From positions 1 through 64,000 of the forward strand of contig JAUCBJ010006938.1 of assembly GCA_032718475.1 (NCBI GenBank): a stretch of DNA of 64,000 nt. The letters are read 5' to 3'. How positions within the stretch are numbered: the stretch's first letter is position 1; each line of letters begins with the position of its first letter. The notes under the pieces are model-generated. The model had not been told where the DNA came from and searched no databases. It saw only the letters and a program-made list of their open reading frames with translations. The translations under genes were made by a program, and so were the position numbers. This DNA comes from Nemertoderma westbladi (taxonomy: Eukaryota > Animalia > Xenacoelomorpha). Shown here piece after piece: positions 29,101 through 41,100 of the stretch.

Positions 29101-30853
29101 TTAAATACAGTAAGTGGCAGTCTTAAATACAGTGAGTAGCAGTCTTAAATACAGTAAGTAGCAGTCTTAAATACAGTAAGTAAATAGCAGTCTTAAATAC
29201 AGTAAGTAAATAGCAGTCTTAAATACAGTAAGTAGTAGTCTTAAATACTGTAAGTAAATAGCAGTCTTAAATACAGTAAGTGGCAGTCCCATACAGTGAG
29301 TAGCAGTCTTAAATACAGTAAGTAGCAGTCTTAAATACAGTAAGTAAATAGCAGTCTTAAATACAGTAAGTAGCAGTCTTAAATACAGTAAGTAAATAGC
29401 AGTCTTAAATACAGTAACTAGCAGTCTTAAATACAGTAAGTGGCAGTCTTAAATACAGTGAGTAGCAGTCTTAAATACAGTAAGTAGCAGTCTTAAATAC
29501 AGTAAGTAAATAGCAGTCTTAAATACAGTAAATAGCAGTCTTAAATACAGTAAGTAGCAGTCTTAAATACAGTAAGTAGCAGTCTTAAATACAGTAAGTA
29601 GCAGTCTTAAATACAGTAAGTAAATAGCAGTCTTAAATACAGTAAGTAGCAGTCTTAAATACAGTGAGTAGCAGTCTTAAATACAGTAAGTAGCAGTCTT
29701 AAATACAGTAAGTAAATAGCAGTCTTAAATACAGTAAGTAGCAGTCTTAAATACAGTAAGTAAATAGCAGTCTTAAATACAGTAAGTAGCAGTCTTAAAT
29801 ACAGTAAGTAAATAGCAGTCTTAAATACAGTAAGTAGCAGTCTTAAATACAGTAAGTAAATAGCAGTCTTAAATACAGTAAGTAAATAGCAGTCTTAAAT
29901 ACAGTAAGTAAATAGCAGTCTTAAATACAGTAAGTAGCAGTCTTAAATACAGTGAGTAGCAGTCTTAAATACAGTAAGTAGCAGTCTTAAATACAGTAAG
30001 TAAATAGCAGTCTTAAATACAGTAAGTAGCAGTCTTAAATACAGTAAGTAAATAGCAGTCTTAAATACAGTAAGTAGCAGTCTTAAATACAGTGAGTAGC
30101 AGTCTTAAATATAGTAAGTAGCAGTCTTAAATACAGTAAGTAGCAGTCTTAAATACAGTAAGTAAATAGCAGTCTTAAATACAGTAAGTAGCATTCTTAA
30201 ATACAGTAAGTAACAATCTTAAATACAGTAAGTAGCAGTCTTAAATACAGTGAGTAGCAGTCTTAAATACAGTAAGTAGCAGTCTTAAATACAGTAAGTA
30301 GCAGTCTTAAATACAGTAAGTAAATAGCAGTCTTAAATACAGTAAGTAGCAGTCTTAAATACAGTAAGTAAGTAGCAATCTTAGATACAGTAAGTAGCAG
30401 TCTTAAATACAGTGAGTAGCAGTCTTAAATACAGTAAATAGCAGTCTTAAATACAGTAAGTAGCAGTCTTAAATACAGTAAGTAGCAGTCTTAAATACAG
30501 TGAGTAGCAGTCTTAAATACAGTAAATAGCAGTCTTAAATACAGTAAGTAGCAGTCTTAAATACAGTAAGTAAGTAGCAATCTTAGATACAGTAAGTAGC
30601 AGTCTTAAATACAGTGAGTAGCAGTCTTAAATACAGTAAGTAGCAGTCTTAAATACAGTAAGTAGCAGTCTTAAATACAGTAAGTAGCAGTCTTAAATAC
30701 AGTAAGTAGCAGTCTTAAATACAGTAAGTAAATAGCAGTCTTAAATACAGTAAGTAGCAGTCTTAAATACAGTAAGTAGCAGTCTTAAATACAGTGAGTA
30801 GCAGTCTTAAATACAGTAAGTAGCAGTCTTAAATACAGTACATAGCAGTCTTA
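8141..30853. repeat. 22-bp satellite (AGCAGTCTTAAATACAGTAAGT)n with 26-bp (+AAAT) variants, about 22.7 kb, about 1000 units
   Basis: Period 22 is visible throughout; variants gtgagt, gtaaat and aaggagt. Lies inside intron 2 of the TRPN-like gene. Confidence 0.99.
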
Positions 30854-31589
30854 TTACAGAATATCTTACATAGTGTTACTAAACTAGATAAGGTACAGTA
30901 GCAGCTATCTTACTTAGTTCAGATGATAATTAATTAGCTACTGTATTCTACTTAATAGCTTTCTTACTTACAGTAGTGCTATTTTTCTAAGTAACTTACT
31001 ATCTTACTTGTATACTATCTTACGTAGAAACTACAATATCTTACAGTACAGCTCGTAACACGCCCACTTAGTAAGCAAGCCTCTTTCTTATAACTCATTT
31101 ACTTAAATAAAACTATAAATAAAACTAGCCTACAATTATTAATAGTTACTGTATAAACAATATATAGCGGGATATTGTATAATATAGCAACGAGGAACAA
31201 ACCAATTAATCAAAAATCCATAAACTGTATTACTCGAGAATTTCATTACAATATTTTTGCTAATTGAATTAATTGTCATCTGCGAAAATCATAATTTGGT
31301 TGCAAATTACTTTATTGATTTTTCGTCAGACAGTTGGGTACATTCAATATTTTCATTATTGACATGATCCCGCGTTTTGGGTTTGCAACAAAGCTAATAG
31401 CCGCATGCAGTAACCCCGGCAACCTTTCTCAACGATTACGAAGTGTTTAGCTGCTAGTCAAGGAAGTCAGGAGCGGCTATAACTTAATGTCAGATAATCA
31501 AAGTGTCTGAAAACTAGAATTTTTACTCTCTCACATGTACCGTGATTGTTTTCTAAAATTAAGATTACTTTTTTTCAACTTAGTTTATC

Positions 31590-31770
31590 TCATTATCAGG
31601 TTGTACAACTCGTTTGTCTTCCAATCTGAAGATCGTGAGTTCGAGTCCCAGTAAAGAAACATAAAGCCACACGAAAACAAAGGATTCTATATTGAGAGTA
31701 ATTCAACTTTGGCAGTGAGTGTGGAACCCGGCCTGCCTTTACATGTAACGGCTACTAACGAGGAGCATAT
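31590..31770 (+). mobile_element. Degenerate tRNA-derived SINE remnant
   Basis: tRNA-like arm gtcttccaatctgaagatcgtgagttcgagtccc containing a Pol III B-box (GTTCGAGTCC); no intact cloverleaf. Boundaries approximate. Confidence 0.4.
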
Positions 31771-32039
31771 AAGACAGAAAATTACAATAAAAGTATAATT
31801 TATTGAAATAATAATAACTCATTTATGAATCAATTTTACTTTTCTATTAAATATAATAGCATTCAATATCAGCAGGCAGGATAAATTCTCCGAATATATC
31901 CGCATATTTATGAATCACGTTTATATGAGCTGACGAGAGTAGGTGAGTAGAAAGATCGATAATTTTATGGTATTTTAGGGCAGAGACAAAGAATAATAGT
32001 TTTCATATATTTTGAATATCCCCTTTCAACCTTTATGTG

Positions 32040-32567
32040 TAGCTGGCTGCCCCATCTGGGTCGCTGGCTGCCCCATCTGGGTAGCTGGCTGCCCCATCTG
32101 GGTCGCTGGCTGCCCCATCTGGGAAGCTGGCTGCCCCATCTGGGTCGCTGGCTGCCCCATCTGGGTCGCTGGCTGCCCCATCTGCGTCGCTGGCTGCCCC
32201 ATCTGGGTCGCTGGCTGCCCCATCTGGGTAGCTGGCTGCCCCATCTGGGTCGCTGGCTGCCCCATCTGGGTCGCTGGCTGCCCCATCTGGGTCGCTGGCT
32301 GCCCCATCTGGGTCGCTGGCTGCCCCATCTGCGTCGCTGGCTGCCCCATCTGGGTCGCTGGCTGCCCCATCTGGGTAGCTGGCTGCCCCATCTGGGTCGC
32401 TGGCTGCCCCATCTGGGTAGCTGGCTGCCCCATCTGGGTCGCTGGCTGCCCCATCTGGGTCGCTGGCTGCCCCATCTGGGTCGCTGGCTGCCCCATCTGG
32501 GTAGCTGGCTGCCCCATCTGGGTCGCTGGCTGCCCCATCTGGGTAGCTGGCTGCCCCATCTGGGTCG
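32040..32567. repeat. 21-bp GC-rich minisatellite (GCTGGCTGCCCCATCTGGGTM)n, about 25 copies
   Basis: Directly visible; source of the WVAGCPI, RPRWGSQ and MGQPATQ ORFs. Confidence 0.97.
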
Positions 32568-33340
32568 CCTAGAGGTGATCAAACAATTCTGGGTCACCGG
32601 GCCATAAATGAGGTAGATAATAGGTTTGTTACCGGTAATTAATGATAATCTCTCGATATGTAAAGAAGTTTGCTGCGCCAAACGCATCCTACTTCCTGTA
32701 GGCCTTCGTAAGTAGATATACTGTACTTGCTGTAAGTAGATCTACTTGCTCCACGCATACAACTTGCACAAACAATGCACTGGCTCACTCAAACAAGCAC
32801 CTCCTACAGAATCATCAGTTTTTCTGCATACACAAACAAACTATAAAGACAATAAAGAATTACAATTAAGTTACCGTATAAAATAAATGGTTTAAAACTT
32901 TTCCTAAAACTGAATGATCAGTGTTGCATGTAAGTTATTCATACAGTGCAGTTTATTCGACGATGATTCTAAATTCAACAAAAGTGGTTGGCGGCAAACA
33001 AACATACAGTAATAAACAAAATTAAGAAGTTAATGATGTCGTACATTCATTCTACTGTATTTATGGAACTCCATCTCACAACAGTACAATGACCTTCTGC
33101 GACTGTGTATTGCGTATGAATGCATCAATGAACTGCCACATTCCGTGGTAGGGAATTGTGATGTAGATTTCTTGAAGCATTACGGCATGCTTCCGTGAAC
33201 ACCTCTATAATAATAATTCGTTAAATAAAAGTAAATTCCCAGTTACATATTATCGCCATGTTCAAGCAGAAGATGATTATTGCGGTTCTGAAATAATCGA
33301 CAAAAAAAAAATGAGTTACTGAGTTTTTTGCCTTGTCTTT

Positions 33341-33731
33341 CGTAGCCCGTAACCGCGCTGCTTTTTTTTGAGCTTTATTTCAAACTTTTTTTAGTTAAAA
33401 CAATTTCTAGAAATTCGTTGCTTTAAGATGAATCTGTGAATTTCGGAATGTTAAAACCTAAAATATAGAATAAAACTCCAAAAAAAGTTCCAAAATAGCT
33501 TGTTAAAACAGCTCAAAAAAGCTGGCTAATTCTAGAACATTCATATTATCTTAATTTTAAATGAATGTTAGAGAAGGCATAACAAGCTTGAAAAAAAGCT
33601 CAAAAAAAGCTTGAAAAAAGCTCAAAAAAAAGCTTGAAAAAAGCTCAAAAAAGCTTCAAAAAAAGCCCGAGAAACAGCTCAAAAGCTCAGAATACCGGAC
33701 ATAAAAAAGCAGCGCGGAAACGGGCCTTACG
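33341..33731. mobile_element. Non-autonomous DNA element (MITE) with imperfect TIRs of about 28 bp and internal AAAAAAGCT sub-repeats
   Basis: Left cgtagcccgtaaccgcgctgctttttt; right aaaaaagcagcgcggaaacgggccttacg (reverse complement cgtaaggcccgtttccgcgctgctttttt). Confidence 0.7.
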
Positions 33732-34620
33732 GTGCTTTGCGAATACAAAATAAGAATTAATTATTTATTAATTATGGATTAACGGATTGAACAAGGCATT
33801 GAATGGTGATTCAATATACATATCTGCTTACGTAATTTGTATCCCATTCTGAAGAAAAATTTTCATTTATTTTAATTATATTATACAGTAAATAAATAAA
33901 TAATAATTTAATTATAAAAAATTGATGATCGATCTTCATTCCGCCTTCATGTGCTTTATTTTTATAAGTCTGACTGGAGAATTATCGATCATCAAGGCTA
34001 ATAAAAGTCATATTTGTGTATAAACGAGGTCGTAGGCCTAAATGCTTCGAGTTGGATCTTGGATGTCTTTCATACATTAAATGATTATAATGATGGGTCC
34101 TGGGGTCTATCTCCCTTAAACTATGAAAAAAGTTATGACTTTAACGTCCGATATATTTCTGCCTTTAGCGGCCTTCTTCAGGGGTACACAAGATAATATA
34201 TAAAATACAAAATACACCACAACTGCAAGCCTATGTACTAAAAGAGGGACCGGTAGAGGAATAGGCAATACTTTCTACTGGAGTACTGTACTGAATTAAT
34301 TTTGGGCCTAAGACTACGCGTAGTTAGAAAGTAAATGTGCGGTTTGAAATAGCGCTAAAACTGTTTAATCTCAGTTTCCGTATTCAGTAGGTGGAAAGCA
34401 TAGTGTTCGGTAGGCAGTTTCATACAGTCTACAAAATGTAATAAAAATAATGAAAAATATACAGAGGAAAACAATGTATGGAGAAAAAGCGCCCAAAAGA
34501 GTGTTAACAAATTACTGTACTATTGAAACTATTGAGATAAATCACTCCCTGAAGTCGCCGTATCGGCAAATACGTAATTTCAATACATTAAATGAAATTG
34601 TGTCGGATAGTTTTACTTAC

Positions 34621-34722
34621 CATGCTTTCCGCACTAATAGAAGCTCCCAACTCTATAATTCTTTCCACAAATACGATCTTGTTGGCCTGAATTGTAACGT
34701 GGAGAACTGTCATTCCAGTTGT
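34621..34722 (-). CDS. nompC: NOMPC/TRPN-like exon 2, ankyrin repeat 1 (TTGMTVLHVTIQANKIVFVERIIELGASISAESM)
   Basis: Acceptor ccctttcag, 102 bp / 34 codons with no stop, donor gtaagt, phase 0/0. Resembles the first NOMPC ankyrin repeat (TGMTPLMYA...DRMIELGADV). Confidence 0.8.
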
Positions 34723-35396
34723 CTGAAAGGGATTTATTGAGTTTCATAAGGTAATTAATATGGGATATATCGGTGGGATATATCAATTCCCTCGCCCAAC
34801 CAACGCATTAGCTAACACGAGATACGCTCACGGCTTAAAATATTGTTAATCTTGTAAGTTAATCATAGTCGTAGGCTGTTATATCCCTACTGTATATTGA
34901 ACTGGAATAAAATAAATTTATTCGGAATTATGGGAATGGTTACTGGTCAACATGATCGCAATAGTATACATTGACAAATTATATCGGCAAATTTTGCCAA
35001 TAAATCATAGCCTCATCAACCAACATTATAATTACGGAGGTGGAATTAAATGTAATTACAGCAGCAAGGGAACACGTTAACATTATTGAGGCATTTCCTC
35101 CTAAATCATTGTACTCTTACACTACTGTGTAAGGGGGAGGGTGGGTGGGTTGTATACTCTTTTCTTGCACGTGAATGGAAATACAGAGGGCGAAAAGGGA
35201 TAAAATTAGACTCATTATTGATTGCAGTACCAGTATTGTTTTAGATTTAGGTTTTATACGGTTGGGTTTTAGTTTTTAGATACTTTTTCTGTGAATTTCA
35301 CGTTATGTCATGTGGAGGGGTGGGGGGGGGGGGGGGGGGGTAGGGGTTGCTATAGCAATAAGAAACAATACTGTAATATCCTTTTGACCTACTCAC

Positions 35397-35777
35397 CTCA
35401 TCTTTATACATTATTTCAGGACAATTGTTGCCATGGAGACTGCGTAGAACTTGGTCTACATTATTCCAATCATTCCTTGTGCATAACGACAGCAGCCGTC
35501 TGGCAGCGGCGGGGTTCACCACATCGGATCTGGATTTGGGATGGCCGGTTATTAATTGTTCAGAGTCTAGCGCCCCTGGTGCGATTGTCGCCCCTTTTGG
35601 TATCCGTGATTCGCTCGTTTCGCTCGATGCTTTACTCGACGCGTTCCTGGTAGGAGTGGCGACACTGTTAGCTGCTGACACAGCATCGAGAACGCTAGCT
35701 GGTGAATTAGATGTTCTAGAATTATTTACAGGGTTGATAATTTTACCAACCGGAGGTAAAGCGGCACCTTTCTCCAT
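35397..35777 (-). CDS. nompC: NOMPC/TRPN-like ankyrin-repeat channel, first coding exon (MEKGAALPP...AARRLLSLCTRNDWNNVDQVLRSLHGNNCPEIMYKDE)
   Basis: ATG at 35777; 127 codons ending GAG|GTGAGT (phase-0 donor). A low-complexity Ser-rich N-terminus is followed by RLLSLCTRNDWNNVDQVLRSL, resembling the pre-ankyrin helix of NOMPC/TRPN1 (Drosophila ...LAMKSEWTPIEAELKKL, recalled, not aligned). Splices in frame to 34722-34621. Confidence 0.72.
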
Positions 35778-36231
35778 GACAACCACTAAATTATTTTGAG
35801 TTTTACTATAAAATTTTATTTTCAATAGCTTATATACAGAATAATACAGTATTCTGTATATTGAACTTTAAGGGAACGGTACTGTATATTTTATGGCTTA
35901 ATATCATTTACAGTATTTAAGTTACGCCTACGTACCGGTACTAGCTGCGGAAATCGAACTTCGGAGGTATAGAAGATAATTAGTTAATAATTAATAATTA
36001 AAAATATTAGAAAAATACATGCTACTTTAAAACACATACTATAAAATAAATAATAAACTTACATGTACAGTACTGTACGTATTTCATTTTAAAATTAATT
36101 AATTCACACAGAAACGGTTTTTATAATTCTGAAATCTACTATTAACAAAAATTATATAGAAAAAATAATTAGTTTATTTGTTTTCGAGAAAATAATAAAT
36201 TATTTTCTCAAAGAATGAAAAAACACATTTA

Positions 36232-36485
36232 TACGGTGGCTGAAAGCGGCCAAAATAATTCACAACTTTTTTAATTTTTAATTTGATCAACATTTTTTTC
36301 TTGAATTTCAACCCGGGTTGAAATTAATATCAACCCGGGTTGAAATTAATATCAACCCGGGTAGAAATTAATATCAACCCGGGTTGAAATTAATATCAAC
36401 CCAGGTTGAAATTCAAGAAAAAAATGTTGATCAAAATAAAAATTAAAAAAGTTGTGAATTATATTGGCCGCTTTCAGCCACCGTA
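36232..36485. mobile_element. Palindromic MITE, IS3EU-like (TACGG...CCGTA termini, 6-bp TSD CATTTA)
   Basis: Near-perfect 254-bp fold-back with a central 5x 22-bp palindromic unit TCAACCCGGGTTGAAATTAATA; CATTTA at 36226-36231 and 36486-36491. TAY..RTA ends with a 6-bp TSD are the described IS3EU signature. Confidence 0.8.
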
Positions 36486-37639
36486 CATTTACTTTCGCAA
36501 GCAAACTAAGAAGGGAGAAATACAGTATTTAGGTAGGGGCCTACACTTATTGTACATACTGAATTCTATAATGTAGCAAATGAAAAATTGATAAGAACAA
36601 TAAGCCGCTACAGTGCTAATGTGTGAGCTCTATGTATAGTTATAGTCTATTCAAGCAGATATAGAGTAATTATTATGATATTTTTATTTTGAAATTGTTT
36701 ATTATCCATACACGAAGTATAATACAATATACGATTGCGATTAAACACATTAAAGTGCAAATATCCCATTATTAACATCTGACTGTTTCGGTTGCTTTAA
36801 TTAAAGTTATGAAAAATTTGGAGAAATGATGAGTTATTAGGAGCGTTTGGTTGTTAGTGGCAACTCCCAACTCATGTGTCAGGAATTGTAATAATTCCGA
36901 ACAATTTTATTACCCCATCTGGTGGTTACATTTGGAATATATTGTGAGCTCTAAGCTCAGGGTGATAAACAGTAAGAAAAGAAAGCAGCTACTGTTTGGC
37001 GTTAGTTTTTGAAAGTTTATCTATATTTAAAATTAAATGACGTGGAGAATTGAATTATTACCTGTTATTATTATTTGTGTATATAAACTGTGTAGGGGTA
37101 ATGAGAACATCATTTTATTCCTGCGTAATATTTGGTCAGGATGCAAATTGTTGTTGAACACAAACTTGTTGGAAACAAACTTCATGCAGTATATGGTGCC
37201 AATTTCCATCTGCTAATAGCAAAAACCCTAACCTATAGATATCTTCAACAAATACAATTAAAATGGGGTGGCAATGTGTGTGGCAAACTATAAAACTAAA
37301 CACTACAAAATGGATCGGTAAAAATGGCGAGCAACTCAGTATCTTAAAATTACAGTAAGTGGTGATACTGGCAAGTTTCTGGTGCTGTTTCCCAGTGGTT
37401 TAGCAAGGTATGCCCCACCCACCGAGTCCGATGTCCGAGTGATGTCTATGTTTTTCTGGGGTGTGCCTTGTTTATGGTAATTTTTGCAAATTTAAAGTGA
37501 AAAAAATTTTGGTATTGTTTATTTATATTTTCTATTTAGATTTAGTTTCATTTTTAATGATCTTTGTCTATAGTGAATGAATTCATTATTTGTCTCAGTG
37601 AATCAAGTACGATGAGTCATAGATAATTCAAATGTAGGA

Positions 37640-37941
37640 GTAGGCCTATTGTAAATATTTATAATAATTACAAACATGAAACATTAATCACTATTTATTA
37701 TGGAAAACGAATATGTTGTTTCCCCGATGAGCCTGGTTTACTTTGGCCTGCTCTCACTTAGTAGGCCTATTGTAAATATTTATAATTAATTACAAACATG
37801 AAACATTAATCACTATTTATTATGGAAAACGAATATGTTGTTTCCCCGATGAGCCTGGTTTAATAATTTGCCGAGCAATCGATTATATCGAAATTAAATT
37901 CTACAAAATTGCACTTTACTTTGGCCTGCTCTCACTTAGTA
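37640..37941. repeat. Local tandem duplication (about 122 bp) in which the first copy lacks a roughly 57-bp segment bounded by TTTA microhomology
   Basis: gtaggcctattgtaaatattt...ccccgatgagcctggttta occurs twice; ctttggcctgctctcacttagta follows directly in copy 1 but only after an insert in copy 2. Confidence 0.8.
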
Positions 37942-38173
37942 TAACTTTTTGTTGGGGAAAGCTTTTGCAAAGTCGGCCATGACTTCCAGGTGGGATAGAA
38001 CTGTTGGTGACCTCCGGGTTGGACCATTCAGCTACCGGCTCAGGTAAAATATAGACCTGGAAATACAGTAGTATCTGATACATTGTTTGTCCTCATGGCC
38101 TCCCATCTGTCAATACCATCATTTGCTGCTACTGTGCCCAACCATACAGTACTTGGCCGTCTTTATTATTACA

Positions 38174-41100
38174 CTAGTATTACAACATGGTCCTTGTACC
38201 AGTTCACCTTTGCTCTCTCTAGTATTACAACATGGTCCTTGTACCAGTTCACCTTTGCTCTCTCTAGTATTACAACATGGTCCTTGTACCAGTTCACCTT
38301 CCCCTGCTCTCTCTAGTATTACAACATGGTCCTTGTACCAGTTCACCTTTGCTCTCTCTAGTATTACAACATGGTCCTTGTACCAGTTCACCTTCCCCTG
38401 CTCTCTCTAGTATTACAACATGGTCCTTGTACCAGTTCACCTTCCCCTGCTCTCTCTAGAATTACAACATGGTCCTTGTACCAGTTCACCTTTGCTCTCT
38501 CTAGTATTACAACATGGTCCTTGTACCAGTTCACCTTCCCCTTCTCTCTCTAGTATTACAACATGGTCCTTGTACCAGTTCACCTTTGCTCTCTCTAGTA
38601 TTACAACATGGTCCTTGTACCAGTTCACCTTTGCTCTCTCTAGTATTACAACATGGTCCTTGTACCAGTTCACCTTTGCTCTCTCTAGTATTACAACATG
38701 GTCCTTGTACCAGTTCACCTTTGCTCTCTCTAGTATTACAACATGGTCCTTGTACCAGTTCACCTTCCCCTGCTCTCTCTAGTGTTACAACATGGTCCTT
38801 GTACCAGTTCACCTTTGCTATCTCTAGTATTACAACATGGTCCTTGTACCAGTTCACCTTCCCCTGCTCTCTCTAGTGTTACAACATGGTCCTTGTACCA
38901 GTTCACCTTTGCTCTCTCTAGTATTACAACATGGTCCTTGTACAAGTTCACCTTCCCCTGCTCTCTCTAGTATTACAACATGGTCCTTGTACCAGTTCAC
39001 CTTCCCCTGCTCTCTCTAGTATTACAACATGGTCCTTGTACCAGTTCACCTTCCCCTGCTCTCTCTAGTATTACAACATGGTCCTTGTACCAGTTCACCT
39101 TTGCTCTCTCTAGTATTACAACATGGTCCTTGTACCAGTTCACCTTCCCCTGCTCTCTCTAGTATTACAACATGGTCCTTGTACCAGTTCACCTTTGCTC
39201 TCTAGTATTACAACATGGTCCTTGTACCAGTTCACCTTTGCTCTCTCTAGTATTACAACATGGTCCTTGTACCAGTTCACCTTCCCCTGCTCTCTCTAGT
39301 ATTACAACATGGTCCTTGTACCAGTTCACCTTCCCCTGCTCTCTCTAGTATTACAACATGGTCCTTGTACAAGTTCACCTTCCCCTGCTCTCTCTAGTAT
39401 TACAACATGGTCCTTGTACCAGTTCACCTTTGCTCTCTCTAGTATTACAACATGGTCCTTGTACCAGTTCACCTTTGCTCTCTCTAGTATTACAACATGG
39501 TCCGTGTACCAGTTCACCTTCCCCTGCTCTCTCTAGTATTACAACATGGTCCTTGTACCAGTTCACCTTTGCTCTCTCTAGTATTACAACATGGTCCTTG
39601 TACCAGTTCACCTTCCCCTGCTCTCTCTAGTATTACAACATGGTCCTTGTACCAGTTCACCTTCCCCTGCTCTCTCTAGTATTACAACATGGTCCTTGTA
39701 CAAGTTCACCTTCCCCTGCTCTCTCTAGTATTACAACATGGTCCTTGTACCAGTTCACCTTTGCTCTCTCTAGTATTACAACATGGTCCTTGTACCAGTT
39801 CACCTTTGCTCTCTCTAGTATTACAACATGGTCCGTGTACCAGTTCACCTTCCCCTGCTCTCTCTAGTATTACAACATGGTCCTTGTACCAGTTCACCTT
39901 TGCTCTCTCTAGTATTACAACATGGTCCTTGTACCAGTTCACCTTTGCTCTCTCTAGTATTACAACATGGTCCTTGTACCAGTTCACCTTTGCTCTCTCT
40001 AGTATTACAACATGGTCCTTGTACCAGTTCACCTTTGCTATCTCTAGTATTACAACATGGTCCTTGTACCAGTTCACCTTCCCCTGCTCTCTCTAGTATT
40101 ACAACATGGTCCTTGTACCAGTTCACCTTTGCTCTCTAGTATTACAACATGGTCCTTGTACCAGTTCACCTTCCCCTGCTCTCTCTAGTATTACAACATG
40201 GTCCTTGTACAAGTTCACCTTCCCCTGCTCTCTCTAGTATTACAACATGGTCCTTGTACCAGTTCACCTTTGCTCTCTCTAGTATTACAACATGGTCCTT
40301 GTACCAGTTCACCTTTGCTCTCTCTAGTATTACAACATGGTCCTTGTACCAGTTCACCTTCCCCTTCTCTCTCTAGTATTACAACATGGTCCTTGTACCA
40401 GTTCACCTTTGCTCTCTCTAGTATTACAACATGGTCCTTGTACCAGTTCACCTTTGCTCTCTCTAGTATTACAACATGGTCCTTGTACCAGTTCACCTTT
40501 GCTCTCTCTAGTATTACAACATGGTCCTTGTACCAGTTCACCTTTGCTCTCTCTAGTATTACAACATGGTCCTTGTACAAGTTCACCTTCCCCTGCTCTC
40601 TCTAGTATTACAACATGGTCCTTGTACCAGTTCACCTTCCCCTGCTCTCTCTAGTGTTACAACATGGTCCTTGTACCAGTTCACCTTTGCTCTCTCTAGT
40701 ATTACAACATGGTCCTTGTACCAGTTCACCTTCCCCTGCTCTCTCTAGTATTACAACATGGTCCTTGTACCAGTTCACCTTTGCTCTCTCTAGTATTACA
40801 ACATGGTCCTTGTACCAGTTCACCTTCCCCTGCTCTCTCTAGTATTACAACATGGTCCTTGTACCAGTTCACCTTTGCTCTCTCTAGTATTACAACATGG
40901 TCCGTGTACCAGTTCACCTTCCCCTGCTCTCTCTAGAATTACAACATGGTCCTTGTACCAGTTCACCTTTGCTCTCTCTAGTATTACAACATGGTCCTTG
41001 TACCAGTTCACCTTTGCTCTCTCTAGTATTACAACATGGTCCTTGTACCAGTTCACCTTCCCCTGCTCTCTCTAGTATTACAACATGGTCCTTGTACCAG

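Noticed and set aside
8141-30853. Regular short repeats suggestive of a CRISPR array (also 38174-44885 and 51837-53978)
   Set aside because: Head-to-tail monomers without unique spacers, no cas genes, and eukaryotic spliced-gene context.
31965-32687. RPRWGSQ / WVAGCPI / MGQPATQ heptad ORFs
   Set aside because: A 21-bp minisatellite open in several frames, inside an intron.
34450-35799. Plus-strand ORFs 34450-34740, 35291-35653 and 35425-35799
   Set aside because: Antisense shadows of the TRPN-like exons.
37722-37862. Hammerhead-like CCGATGAG motifs in the 122-bp duplication
   Set aside because: The core is CCGATGA rather than CTGATGA, with no stem II closure or GAAA.
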